DNA from: Bradymonadia bacterium
Lineage (GTDB): Bacteria; Myxococcota_A; Bradymonadia; UBA7976; UBA1532
DNA length: 64,000 nucleotides
Assembly (NCBI GenBank): GCA_046290225.1
Contig: JBKAGE010000077.1
Location: 96,001 to 160,000, forward strand
Direction: 5' to 3'
This document shows positions 18,652 to 28,010 of the stretch, piece after piece. A program made the translations under genes and the position numbers. The notes under the pieces are model-generated. The model did no database searches and was not told the DNA's origin. It saw only the letters and a list, made by a program, of their open reading frames with translations. The first letter of the stretch is position 1, and the number at the start of each line of letters is the position of its first letter.

Positions 18652-21021
18652 CTATGACCCACCCCCTTTTTTCGAGGGCGCTCTGTCGCCCAAAGCCAAC
18701 AACGCCGGCAAAATGACCAAATCTCCAGGCAGGGCGCAGGCGATGGCCACCAGGACCAGCTGCCCGAAGTGGGCCGTGGCCAGAAAGGCGCTCGTGGTGA
18801 TGACCGAGACCCCGAGACAGAGCAGCACCGTGGTCATGATGATCGGCCGCCCGGTGCGCACCAGGGCCTCGTGGACCGCCTCGTGACGAGGCCGCCGACG
18901 ACGCTCCTCCCGATAGCGCACGAGGAAGTGGATCGTGTCGTCCACGGCGAGGCCCAGGGAGATCGAGAACGTGATCACTGTGGTGGTGTTGAGGGGGTAG
19001 TCGAAGAGCCCCATGAAGCCGAAGGCGCACAGCAACGGGAACATGTTGGGGATCACGCTCAACAGCCCCAGGGGCAGTGAGCGGAACAAGATCACCATGG
19101 CGAAGAAGATGATCACTGCGGCGATGCCGAGGCTGCCGAGCAGATCTTCAATGTAGTACTGCAGCGCTCTCGAGGCCACGAGGCCTTCACCGGTCAACCG
19201 CACCGACACCCCAGGCAAGTCGCCGAAGAGACGCTGCGCCTCGGCCTCGATCTCTTCGAAGAGCGGCAGAAAGTGGCCAGATCCTTTATCGGCGAGCCGA
19301 CCGCTGATGCGGATGTGTTGCCAGTCGTCCCGCATCACCCTGTGCCAGGGCAGGCCGCCCTTGGCTGACGGATCAGCGCCCATCTCCTCGATGAGCAGCG
19401 TCTGGGCCAGCTCTTCGGCGGTCCGGGGCAGGTTCGGGCTGTGGGTCGAGCCCTCGACCTCGGCCTCCACCCCTCTGAAAGCCACCCAAAGCGCTCTGAT
19501 GAAGGTGGCGGGCGACACGGTGCGGCCGGCGCCCTCGAGGCCCTCGATGTATTGCTGCAGCGCCCAGGTCCGTTGCAGCACTTCGGCGTCTTTCAAGCGG
19601 CCCGGCGCGTCACCCTTGATGCTCACGCCGAGCTCCAAAAGCCCTCCGAGGGCCTGCTCTGCCTGCATTTGCGCCTGATACAGCTCGGAGTCGGGGTGGA
19701 AGGCCTCGTGAATGCGGCTGTCGATCTGTACCTGCGTGATGCCATAGCCCAGCACGGCCACCATGGGCAGCATCGACGCCAGCCAGCGGCCCGGATGGGC
19801 TACGACACTGTCAGCGAGGGCCACGAGCACACGATCGAGCTTCGACCCCGTCGAGGTCTTCGAAGGTTGTGTGTCATTGAGCTTCAAAGGCGCGCCACGG
19901 GCGAGGATGAGCGGCACCACGGTGATGGTGGTCAGGTAGGCGAAGACGACGCCGGCGGCGGTGAGCAGACCGAACTCCCGCAAGAGGGCAGTTCGACTCA
20001 CACACAACGAGGCGAAGCCCACGGCGGTGGTGAAACTGGTGAGGAAACAGGCCCCGGCAAGCTTCACCGTGCTCCGGTGCAGAGCCACGCCACCTTCGAG
20101 GCCGCCGTCGTGCTCCTCGGCGTAGCGGGTCATCAGATGGATCGCGTCGGAGATGCCCAGGGTGAAGAGCAACAACGGCAACACATTGCTCAACAGGTTG
20201 ATGGGGGCGTCGAGATGCCCCATGAGCCCGGGCACCCACAGCAACACCAGGGCGATGGCGGCGAAAGGCGCAATCACAGCGATCCATCGCCGCCTGAAGA
20301 GCAAGTAGAGCACCCCGATGAAGAGCACCATCACGATGGGCAGCAACGTGATCTGATCGCGAATGAGCAGCCCCACGGCTTCGACGCGCAGATGAGGCAA
20401 CCCGTAGATTTGTACTGTGACCCCCTGAGGCGGCGGGTGATCGGCGACGAGCGCTTCGAGACGGGTCATGAGCGGCTCGAGCTCGGAGACCTTTCTGATG
20501 GCCTCGTCGACCTCTACGAGCACCGCAGTGGCTTTACCGTCGGTGCTGAGCAGGACCCCACCGATCAGTGGATCAGCCTGCAAAGCTGCGCCGCCTTCGA
20601 CGAGGGCGTCGAGGGTCATGGGGGCGACGATGATGGGATCGAACTCGGCCTTGGGAGGCTGAACGATGGGGGTGGTGACGATGCTCTGCACCTGCGCCAC
20701 CCAGGGCTCGGCCTGCATGCGCTCTGTGAGCGCGGCCACGTGCTCGAGGGCGGTCCGCTGCAAGGCGCCTTCGTCGTGCCGCACGATGACCATCACCAGA
20801 TCGTCGGCGTGGCCAAAGGCCTCGACCATGGACTTCTGGTAGCGATCGTCGTCGTCGCCGGTCTCGAAGAAGGCCTGGGGCGAGAAGTCGAAGCCCAGCC
20901 GCAACATGCCGGCGCCGAGGGCGAGGGTGACGCAGGCCAGCACGAGGGCCACGACTCTGCGTCGTCGCAGCATGAGGTCGATGGCCCGTTCGAGGGCCGA
21001 TGTAGGCTCTGGGGTGTTCAC
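18652..21021 (-). CDS. MMPL/RND-family exporter
   Basis: Two TM repeats; LGISDAIH, TSFTTAVGFASL, SLGLAVDDTIH. Confidence 0.9.
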   Translation of the reverse strand: MNTPEPTSALERAIDLMLRRRRVVALVLACVTLALGAGMLRLGFDFSPQAFFETGDDDDRYQKSMVEAFGHADDLVMVIVRHDEGALQRTALEHVAALTERMQAEPWVAQVQSIVTTPIVQPPKAEFDPIIVAPMTLDALVEGGAALQADPLIGGVLLSTDGKATAVLVEVDEAIRKVSELEPLMTRLEALVADHPPPQGVTVQIYGLPHLRVEAVGLLIRDQITLLPIVMVLFIGVLYLLFRRRWIAVIAPFAAIALVLLWVPGLMGHLDAPINLLSNVLPLLLFTLGISDAIHLMTRYAEEHDGGLEGGVALHRSTVKLAGACFLTSFTTAVGFASLCVSRTALLREFGLLTAAGVVFAYLTTITVVPLILARGAPLKLNDTQPSKTSTGSKLDRVLVALADSVVAHPGRWLASMLPMVAVLGYGITQVQIDSRIHEAFHPDSELYQAQMQAEQALGGLLELGVSIKGDAPGRLKDAEVLQRTWALQQYIEGLEGAGRTVSPATFIRALWVAFRGVEAEVEGSTHSPNLPRTAEELAQTLLIEEMGADPSAKGGLPWHRVMRDDWQHIRISGRLADKGSGHFLPLFEEIEAEAQRLFGDLPGVSVRLTGEGLVASRALQYYIEDLLGSLGIAAVIIFFAMVILFRSLPLGLLSVIPNMFPLLCAFGFMGLFDYPLNTTTVITFSISLGLAVDDTIHFLVRYREERRRRPRHEAVHEALVRTGRPIIMTTVLLCLGVSVITTSAFLATAHFGQLVLVAIACALPGDLVILPALLALGDRAPSKKGGGS

Positions 21022-21275
21022 GGTCTCTCTTGATGCACACGGGGGCCCGTCGTCGCGGGGAACACCCTGGCTGATGGGGTCACCTGTGACCCTCGGGTCA
21101 TGGCCGACCCGTGGAGACAGGGGAAGATATCCGGCGAGTCTCGCCGATGTGCCCTCCTGAACTCACACCATATTTCTCGATCTTCCACTTCGCCTGCTCG
21201 CCGCCTAAGTGGACGCTCAAGGGGCTCGAGATCGTCCCGATAACCAAGGGCACGTTCAACGGCAGGGCACAGACC

Positions 21276-24017
21276 ATGCGCACTCGATACCTGAAGAGCA
21301 TCCGCCATCTCTATGTACTCGCCCTTACAGTGATGTGGGGCTGTGAAACCGGAGACACGCCCGCGCGCGTGTTCACCGACGCCGCGCCGATCCCCGACGG
21401 GGCGCCATCATCCAACTCAGATGCGGGCACGCGATATGAGGCCGTAGAGGTCCCTGACGAGGTCGAGGGTGAGATCCCCGAGGCCGTGCACGGGCCTGAC
21501 GAGACGCCGCCTGCTGAAGAAGGCCCCATCGACGAAGATCCAGTCGACGCAGATCCGATCGACGAAGATCCAATCGATGAGGAGCCGATCGCTGAAGCTC
21601 CGGGAGAAGGTGCACCCAATGGGGAAGGGTCAGCCGCTGAAGAGCCAGCCGCCGAGCCCCCTGTGGAGCACCCCGGCGAAGAGCAACCAGACGCACAACA
21701 ACCCGAAGCAGAAGCGCCCGGAGCGGGGGCGCCCGCTGCGCCTGCGCCGGTGATCCGCATGCGCAATGTAGTCGCCGAGTGCGAGGGGCCGTGGGGATCA
21801 GTCGTGCGGCTCAACGCGTGTGGCAGTGAAGGTGAGGTCCTCACCTATCGCTGGCTGAGCGACGTGCCCCTGGCGCCCAGATGTGATCCAGAGGGTGTGT
21901 TCCCACTGGGCGCCCACGCCCTCACCCTGGAGATCACCGACGTGCACGGCCGTGTGAGCGCCGCCCGCGTAGAGGTGGTGGTCGAGGACACCACGCCCCC
22001 TCACGTCGAGCTGGTGCGCCTCGCCCAAGAGGACGACGATCGCTGGCGGTGGTGTCACAGGCCCAGGCAGTTCGAGGTCCTGGACATCGGCGAGGGCGAT
22101 CTGTGCGGCGCAGAGATCACCCATCGATGGCGCGTGAACGGTGTGCCTGTGCTCGAAGACTCTCGGAGGCTCACCTTCGAAGACATCGAGGCCGGCTTAC
22201 ACGGCGAGGCTGGTCTGCACAACGTGGTGGCCGAGGTCTGCGATGCCCACGGCAACTGCGCCCAGCCTCTCATCGTCGCTGGAGAGCGCCGCCCTGTGTC
22301 GGGGGACGGCTTCTTCTACGACGAGCCGGGTCGCCTCGTCGTCGATCACGCCCGTGGCGCCCTAGGTCAAGAGCGCGTGCGCATCACGCTCGAGTACATC
22401 GATCCGCTCACCGACATCTGCAACGACCCGATCTCTTGGGGCGAAGCTCTGGCGAGCTATGTGCAGGTCGGCCCCCTCGAGTTCCAGGCCCCTCGCGGAC
22501 ACTTCGAGGATCGGGCGAGCTGGGGGGTAGACCGAGCGGTCTATGCCTCTACGGCGCTCAGAGGGCGGCCCTTCCCAGAGCTCGGCGCCACGTGGCGGCT
22601 GCCCGCGGCGGACGGGATCTTGGACAGCGGCCTATGGCGAGGCCGTCAGCGCGTGACCCAACCCCCAGAGGGCTTCGTACCTGGCCAGCCCTTCACCGTG
22701 TGGCTCAACGGCGTCGAGATCCCACCGGCCGACGCGCAGCTCGACGCCGAGGCAGACACCGTGAGCACGCAGCTCAACCACCTCTCATCCATCGCCCTCG
22801 CCGCGCGCATCAACGCCATGAGCGATCTCACCGGGGTGGTGGCGTGGCCCATGCCCACGGTGGTGCCCATCATCGACGAGCCCGAGGCGGTGCGGCGCCT
22901 GGATCACATCCGCTTCTTCTCCATCAACCAAGTGGGGAGCCCCGAGCTCGTGGTCCAGCCGGGGGGCGCTGAGCTCTACCGCCAACTGCACGCCGCTGGA
23001 CGTGAGCACGGCATCGCCATCGGGGATCTGCCTGGCGTCGGTCGAGTCATTCAGGCTGACGACGGGCGCAACGTGGCGATCTTGTGCCGCGAGCAGGGCT
23101 GCGAGCGCGCGGGCATGCACACGACGGCGAAGTTCCACGGCGCGGTGTACGCCGGTGAGGTGATGTTGTGGTCTGCTGAAGCATTCCACCTCAGGATCGC
23201 GGATCAGGATCAGCGCCTCGTGCACGACGACATGGTGCACCCTACGGCCTGGAGCGGCCCCGCGGTGCGGCACGGCGGGCCCGTCTCGGAGGCCCTCATC
23301 GTCGACGAGACCCGCCGTATCGGCGGACCAGAGCTGACTGAGCAAAACCTCTCTATCAACGGCATCTCCATCGGCATACCCGGGGTCGTGCAAGACATCA
23401 TCAACGGCGGCACCGAGAGCGAGGCACCCTGGAAGGCCTACATGATCAACGAGCACGCCGACGAGACCGGGGTGATCGCTCAGCCCACCCCAGCCCGTTG
23501 GCATCGCCCAGTACAGCGCATCCGCAGGGGCACCTTGGCTGGGCGTGAGTACATATACATCAACGATGTTGAGCTCCCAGAGGTCGACTTCGAAGCGGGT
23601 GATGCCACCGGAGCCCTCGTAGAGGCATTCAACAGCGTGAGCAACGCGTCGGGCGTCGTCGCCACGATCGTCGACGGTGTGTTCGAGCTGACCACCCCCG
23701 CTGGGGAAGACATCAACATACGCAGCTCATTTCCCGAGTGGCGTGGCAACGCCAAGGGAGGCATTGAGCTCAGCAGCGGCGCGACCTTCGTCGTCGAGGG
23801 CGAGTTGTCCACCATCGGCTGGCCTGGAAGGCGGGTCATCGTGCCCTGGCCCGAAGACGGCGCCGATCATGACGCGCTGTGGACCATCGAGCACACCGGC
23901 GACATGTTCGTCTTTACCCACCGGGAGCCGCTCCCAGAGCCGCTGCGCACCCTCGACCGCGATCAACTGCGCATCAACATCGACGGCTTCTTGTTCGACT
24001 GGGAGTGGTGGTTCTGA
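21276..24017 (+). CDS. Large putative lipoprotein with acidic linker, PKD/HYR-like domain and flagellin-IN-like repeats
   Basis: Lipobox VMWGC; E/P/D-rich linker; GVFPLGAHALTLEITD...VEDTTPP; three (I/F)N...(T/S)GV(V/I)A repeats. Confidence 0.65.
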   Translation: MRTRYLKSIRHLYVLALTVMWGCETGDTPARVFTDAAPIPDGAPSSNSDAGTRYEAVEVPDEVEGEIPEAVHGPDETPPAEEGPIDEDPVDADPIDEDPIDEEPIAEAPGEGAPNGEGSAAEEPAAEPPVEHPGEEQPDAQQPEAEAPGAGAPAAPAPVIRMRNVVAECEGPWGSVVRLNACGSEGEVLTYRWLSDVPLAPRCDPEGVFPLGAHALTLEITDVHGRVSAARVEVVVEDTTPPHVELVRLAQEDDDRWRWCHRPRQFEVLDIGEGDLCGAEITHRWRVNGVPVLEDSRRLTFEDIEAGLHGEAGLHNVVAEVCDAHGNCAQPLIVAGERRPVSGDGFFYDEPGRLVVDHARGALGQERVRITLEYIDPLTDICNDPISWGEALASYVQVGPLEFQAPRGHFEDRASWGVDRAVYASTALRGRPFPELGATWRLPAADGILDSGLWRGRQRVTQPPEGFVPGQPFTVWLNGVEIPPADAQLDAEADTVSTQLNHLSSIALAARINAMSDLTGVVAWPMPTVVPIIDEPEAVRRLDHIRFFSINQVGSPELVVQPGGAELYRQLHAAGREHGIAIGDLPGVGRVIQADDGRNVAILCREQGCERAGMHTTAKFHGAVYAGEVMLWSAEAFHLRIADQDQRLVHDDMVHPTAWSGPAVRHGGPVSEALIVDETRRIGGPELTEQNLSINGISIGIPGVVQDIINGGTESEAPWKAYMINEHADETGVIAQPTPARWHRPVQRIRRGTLAGREYIYINDVELPEVDFEAGDATGALVEAFNSVSNASGVVATIVDGVFELTTPAGEDINIRSSFPEWRGNAKGGIELSSGATFVVEGELSTIGWPGRRVIVPWPEDGADHDALWTIEHTGDMFVFTHREPLPEPLRTLDRDQLRINIDGFLFDWEWWF

Positions 24018-24073
24018 GGCACGCGAGGTGATTTTCGGTGGCCGGTGCCGCCCGCAAGCGTTATGCAGTCTGC

Positions 24074-25045
24074 ATGCATTGGACGACGATCACGCTCATC
24101 TCTCTGGCCGCCCTATGGCTGCTCGCTAACTTCAGGACCCGGCGCCCTGACGGCACGCTTGTGCCCAAGGTGCACCCGTACCGGCACTTGATGCAGTACA
24201 TCATGCCCACCCGGAACGAGTCGCTGGTGTACTTCGACAGCTATGTCTACGCCGAGTCCATCGAGGCCTACCTCGAGAAGGCGGGGCCCAAGCTCGGGGC
24301 CAACATGATCCACGCCTTCATCGGGGCCCTCAACGTAGCCTTCGGGTTCCACCCCCACATGAACCGCTTCGTCGCCGGCAAGCGGCTCTACGATCGCGAC
24401 GGGCGGTGGTTCAGCTTCAGCATGAAGCGCAAGAAGATGGGCAAGAAGGCCAAGCTCTCTGCGGTGAAGATGCAGATGAAGGACGGCGAGTCTTTCGCCG
24501 ACCTCGTGGCCCGCATCAACGGCAGCATCAGCCACGAGCGCAGTGGTAAGAAGACCGCCGCCGACAAAGAGTACGATCTGTTCAAGATCTTGCCCCGCCC
24601 TCTGCTCGCTGGGGCGGCGAAGTTCCTGCGGTGGCTCGACTATTACGGGCTGCTGCCGGGCTTCTTCATCAAGGGCGACGGCATGTACACCACCTGCTTC
24701 GTGGCCAACCTCGGCAGCCTGGGCATCGCCCCGGCCTACCACCACCTGTACGAGTGGGGGAACTGCCCCATCTTCATGATGCTGGGCAAGATCGACGACA
24801 AGCCCGTCATCGAAGACGGCGAGGTGGTGGTCCGCCGGGTGCTGCACCTGCGCATCAGCCTCGACGAGCGCGTGGCCGACGCCCTCGCCGCCCACGACGG
24901 CACAAAGACCATCATCGAGATCTTGCAGAACCCCGAGAAGTGGCTCGGCTGCATCGCCGAAGACGACAGCGACGTGTTCCCCATGTGGCCCCGTAAAGAC
25001 GATGAGCCCTGCCCTGGAGACAACGCACGCCTGGCAGTGTGCTGA
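24074..25045 (+). CDS. Stand-alone 2-oxo-acid dehydrogenase E2 catalytic-domain-like acyltransferase
   Basis: FVANLGSLG, LRISLDERVADA, MPTRNES; N-terminal TM, no lipoyl domain. Confidence 0.75.
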   Translation: MHWTTITLISLAALWLLANFRTRRPDGTLVPKVHPYRHLMQYIMPTRNESLVYFDSYVYAESIEAYLEKAGPKLGANMIHAFIGALNVAFGFHPHMNRFVAGKRLYDRDGRWFSFSMKRKKMGKKAKLSAVKMQMKDGESFADLVARINGSISHERSGKKTAADKEYDLFKILPRPLLAGAAKFLRWLDYYGLLPGFFIKGDGMYTTCFVANLGSLGIAPAYHHLYEWGNCPIFMMLGKIDDKPVIEDGEVVVRRVLHLRISLDERVADALAAHDGTKTIIEILQNPEKWLGCIAEDDSDVFPMWPRKDDEPCPGDNARLAVC

Positions 25046-25067
25046 TCACCAGAGAACAGAGAGCGAG

Positions 25068-26090
25068 ATGAGCGCTGATCACCCTCACCGACGCGAAGTC
25101 CTCGCCACCCTCGGCGCCGGCGCAGCTGTGGCGGCGCTCCCTGCAGAAGCCGCCTCACCGGCGAAGCTGCTCGAAGATCAGGTGGTGCTCAGCGCCAACC
25201 CCACCACCCGCGTGCTCTACACCTGGACCACCAAAGAGCAGATCTTCGCCCTGCGTCACGGCGCGCCTCTGCTCGAGCGGGCCCGCTCGCCTCGTCATGG
25301 TCTGTCGCGGTTCGATCGCGCGCTCCGCGCCACCACCAAAGATCAGCAACACCCCCTGCACGCCCACCTGCTCAGCGACGGGTACATGTCCCGGCGGTTC
25401 GCCTGGGCCCAGCCCTGGGGCACGCTGCTCGGGTGGGGTGAAGAGACATATGGTGATCAGCTGATCCGCATCGAGCTGAAGCCCGAGGCACTCGTGGCCT
25501 CGGTCCAGACGGGTGATCGCCCCCGCCGCTGGCTCACTCACCCACACGGGCAGCCCACGCCCCGGCCGAGCGCAGCGGAGGATGTCGGCAAAATCGGTGC
25601 CGTCTTTCATATCCATGAGGGGGGTCGGTACTGCGGGCCAAGCACCCATAAACTGGTGGGCACGATGATGGTCCGCGAGGCGCCCGCTGAATGCGTCGAG
25701 GTGGGCACCTTCGGCTCAGAGAGCCGCTTCTATCGAGAGTACATCCTCTTCGATCCCGCTCAGATCGCCCGCTGGTCCTATGGCGATCGTCAATGCCGCG
25801 CAGCGCTGAGGGCGGATATCGAGCTCGTGGGCCAGCTGATTTCAGCCCAGAAACAACTCAGCGCCGAGGGCCTGCGCTGGCCGCCTGCAACAGAGGCTTG
25901 GCTCAAGCAACCCACCCCCGGGCGCCCGGTGCCGTCGATGCCCGACGAGCACCGTCTGCGGCAGCTCTACATCGGCGCCCTGCCCTGGACGTCACCGCCG
26001 TACACGCCCGAGCGCAGACAGCTCAAAGCGCTGCAGGCTGCGCTGCGCAAGGCCCTCAAATCGCAGGGCAAGCCCCTCTCGAGCCCGTGA
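25068..26090 (+). CDS. Tat-exported hypothetical protein
   Basis: HRREVLATLGAGAAVAALPAEA twin-arginine signal. Confidence 0.65.
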   Translation: MSADHPHRREVLATLGAGAAVAALPAEAASPAKLLEDQVVLSANPTTRVLYTWTTKEQIFALRHGAPLLERARSPRHGLSRFDRALRATTKDQQHPLHAHLLSDGYMSRRFAWAQPWGTLLGWGEETYGDQLIRIELKPEALVASVQTGDRPRRWLTHPHGQPTPRPSAAEDVGKIGAVFHIHEGGRYCGPSTHKLVGTMMVREAPAECVEVGTFGSESRFYREYILFDPAQIARWSYGDRQCRAALRADIELVGQLISAQKQLSAEGLRWPPATEAWLKQPTPGRPVPSMPDEHRLRQLYIGALPWTSPPYTPERRQLKALQAALRKALKSQGKPLSSP

Positions 26091-26599
26091 GGCCGCGGCG
26101 GATCCCCCGGGCGGAGGCGGTCGCGCGGATCCAGGCCGTCTATGGCGACGCTGACTGCCTCATGTGTGCCATCCTCGAAGGCCAGGGCCCACCCCCCCTC
26201 ACCGTACATCGAGGCACCCACGCCACGGTGACCCTCGCCCGCTTCGCCCGAGCGCCAGGGCACCTGATGGTTCTGTTGCACGATCATCAAACGCACGTGG
26301 CCGAGCTGGCTCCGGAGGCGTGGCTTGAGGCCTGCGTCCTGGCACAACGCGGCGCTCAGGTGATCCAACGTCTCTATGATCCTCGGCGCTGCTATGTGGC
26401 CTCACTGGGCACCGATCTCGACCACCTGCCCATGACCTGCCCCCATGTGCACGTGCACGTCATCCCCATATTCGAGTCCGGGGCCCGACCGTCGTCGGTG
26501 CTCTCCTGGTCTGATGGGGTCTGGGATGCCGACGAGGCGTGGTGGCAGGCTGAGCGGCTTCGGTTTCGTGAAGCCTGGGCGCTCACCGAAGTGTGCTGA
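26087..26599 (+). CDS. HIT family nucleotide hydrolase
   Basis: CLMC, PGHLMV, PHVHVHVIP histidine triad; GTGA overlap. Confidence 0.85.
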   Translation: MRPRRIPRAEAVARIQAVYGDADCLMCAILEGQGPPPLTVHRGTHATVTLARFARAPGHLMVLLHDHQTHVAELAPEAWLEACVLAQRGAQVIQRLYDPRRCYVASLGTDLDHLPMTCPHVHVHVIPIFESGARPSSVLSWSDGVWDADEAWWQAERLRFREAWALTEVC

Positions 26600-28007
26600 C
26601 CCGCCACTGGAACATCACGCAGGTGGCGGCGGCGGCGACGTTGAGCGAGTCGATCACCCCGAACATCGGGATCTCCACCACCAGATCAGCGGCAGCTCTC
26701 AGCGCCGGGGGCACCCCGGTGTCTTCGGCCCCCATCACGAACATCGGCCGCGGGGGCCATGGGGCCTCGTGATAGGGCACCGAGTCGGGGGTCTGCTGCA
26801 CCGCCACGATCTGGAACCCTCGGGCCCGGGCGATGCGCATCATCGCTTCGGCGTCAGGGGCCTCCCGTACCGGGATCACCCGGTCGGTCCCCCGGGCGGG
26901 GCTGCGGAACAACCCCCCCTGCCCCACGAGCCACACCTCGGCCACACCAGCGGCTTCGGCGCTGCGGACCGCGGTGCCCAGGTTCACGTCGAAGCGTGTC
27001 TGGCACAGCGCCAGGGCAGAAGGCGGTCGCTCTACCACAGGGGCGTCGTCGTCGGGGCCGATGCCATATGGAGGGCGCGCCGACACCGCGTCGAGCCAGG
27101 CGTGACGGCCCAGTCGATGCTCGATGATCTCTGGGGCGAAGGCGCCCTGCTGTGCCCGCTCTGCGAGCCAGCGCACGCCCGCATCTGCGTCTTCTCTCAA
27201 CATGAGCAGCGCAGGATCATTCGCTGGCAGCGCCCGGGCCACGGCTGCCCGAATTGCCGAATCGGGATCTCCAGCCAGCGCCCTCAAAGCAGGCAATGCC
27301 TCGGGGGCCCGGTGGGCGATGGCCCAGGCAGCGGTCACCCGGTGCTCACCCACGAGCATCGCCCGCAGAGCCTCTGGCTCGGCGATGTGGTCGAGGGCCA
27401 CGGCATCGCCCCCGTGCACCGCGGCCACCAGCGCATCATGAGCAGGCCGCGCTCTGGCCAGCGCCCGCATCAACGGCTCCGGGCAGGCTCGGCCGGCGTC
27501 TTGATGGCTCTGCACCGCTGATGCGAGGGCCTCGTCGGGCAAATCGCCCTGAGACAACAACGCCTCGGCAGCCCGACGCACCACCTCTACATCTTCGTCG
27601 GCGATGGCCTCGGTGAGGGCCTCTGCAGGGGCAGCCCGCGTAGCCGAAGCGCGGCGCACCCAGGCCGAGGGTGATCTCAACCCATCGCCCAGAGCCGGCT
27701 CGGTGGGATCTGCAAGGATGGTGAGCACTCGGGCGGCGGCCACCCGCGGTCGCTCTGCCGCCTCTTCGTCGAGCAGCAATGGCCGAAGCACCGGCCACAC
27801 GAGGGCTTGGCGCATCTCCGACAACAAGCGGGCTGCGCGGCGACGGACAGGTTTGTGGGGGGCATCGAGCAGGGTGGCGAGGGCCCGCACCGTCGTGGGC
27901 GTGCCGTGGGCGAGCAGCACCCCTCGGGCCTGGTCTCGCGCCAGGGTGTCGGGATCGTAGATCGCCTCTTCGAGGGCCTGCTCGAGCTCAGCGGCAGATA
28001 CGCCCAC
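26583..28007 (-). CDS. HEAT-repeat protein fused to a SpoU/TrmH RNA methyltransferase
   Basis: HEAT-like repeats, then NLGTAVRSAEAAG, VMGAEDTGV, EIPMFGVIDSLNVAAA. Confidence 0.85.
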   Translation of the reverse strand: MGVSAAELEQALEEAIYDPDTLARDQARGVLLAHGTPTTVRALATLLDAPHKPVRRRAARLLSEMRQALVWPVLRPLLLDEEAAERPRVAAARVLTILADPTEPALGDGLRSPSAWVRRASATRAAPAEALTEAIADEDVEVVRRAAEALLSQGDLPDEALASAVQSHQDAGRACPEPLMRALARARPAHDALVAAVHGGDAVALDHIAEPEALRAMLVGEHRVTAAWAIAHRAPEALPALRALAGDPDSAIRAAVARALPANDPALLMLREDADAGVRWLAERAQQGAFAPEIIEHRLGRHAWLDAVSARPPYGIGPDDDAPVVERPPSALALCQTRFDVNLGTAVRSAEAAGVAEVWLVGQGGLFRSPARGTDRVIPVREAPDAEAMMRIARARGFQIVAVQQTPDSVPYHEAPWPPRPMFVMGAEDTGVPPALRAAADLVVEIPMFGVIDSLNVAAAATCVMFQWRVSTLR

Positions 28008-28010
28008 GGC

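Noticed and set aside
21030..21270. Cluster of short hairpins in the divergent intergenic region, possible riboswitch or sRNA
   Set aside because: Stems of 6-7 bp are expected by chance at this GC content and no known aptamer motif was recognised.
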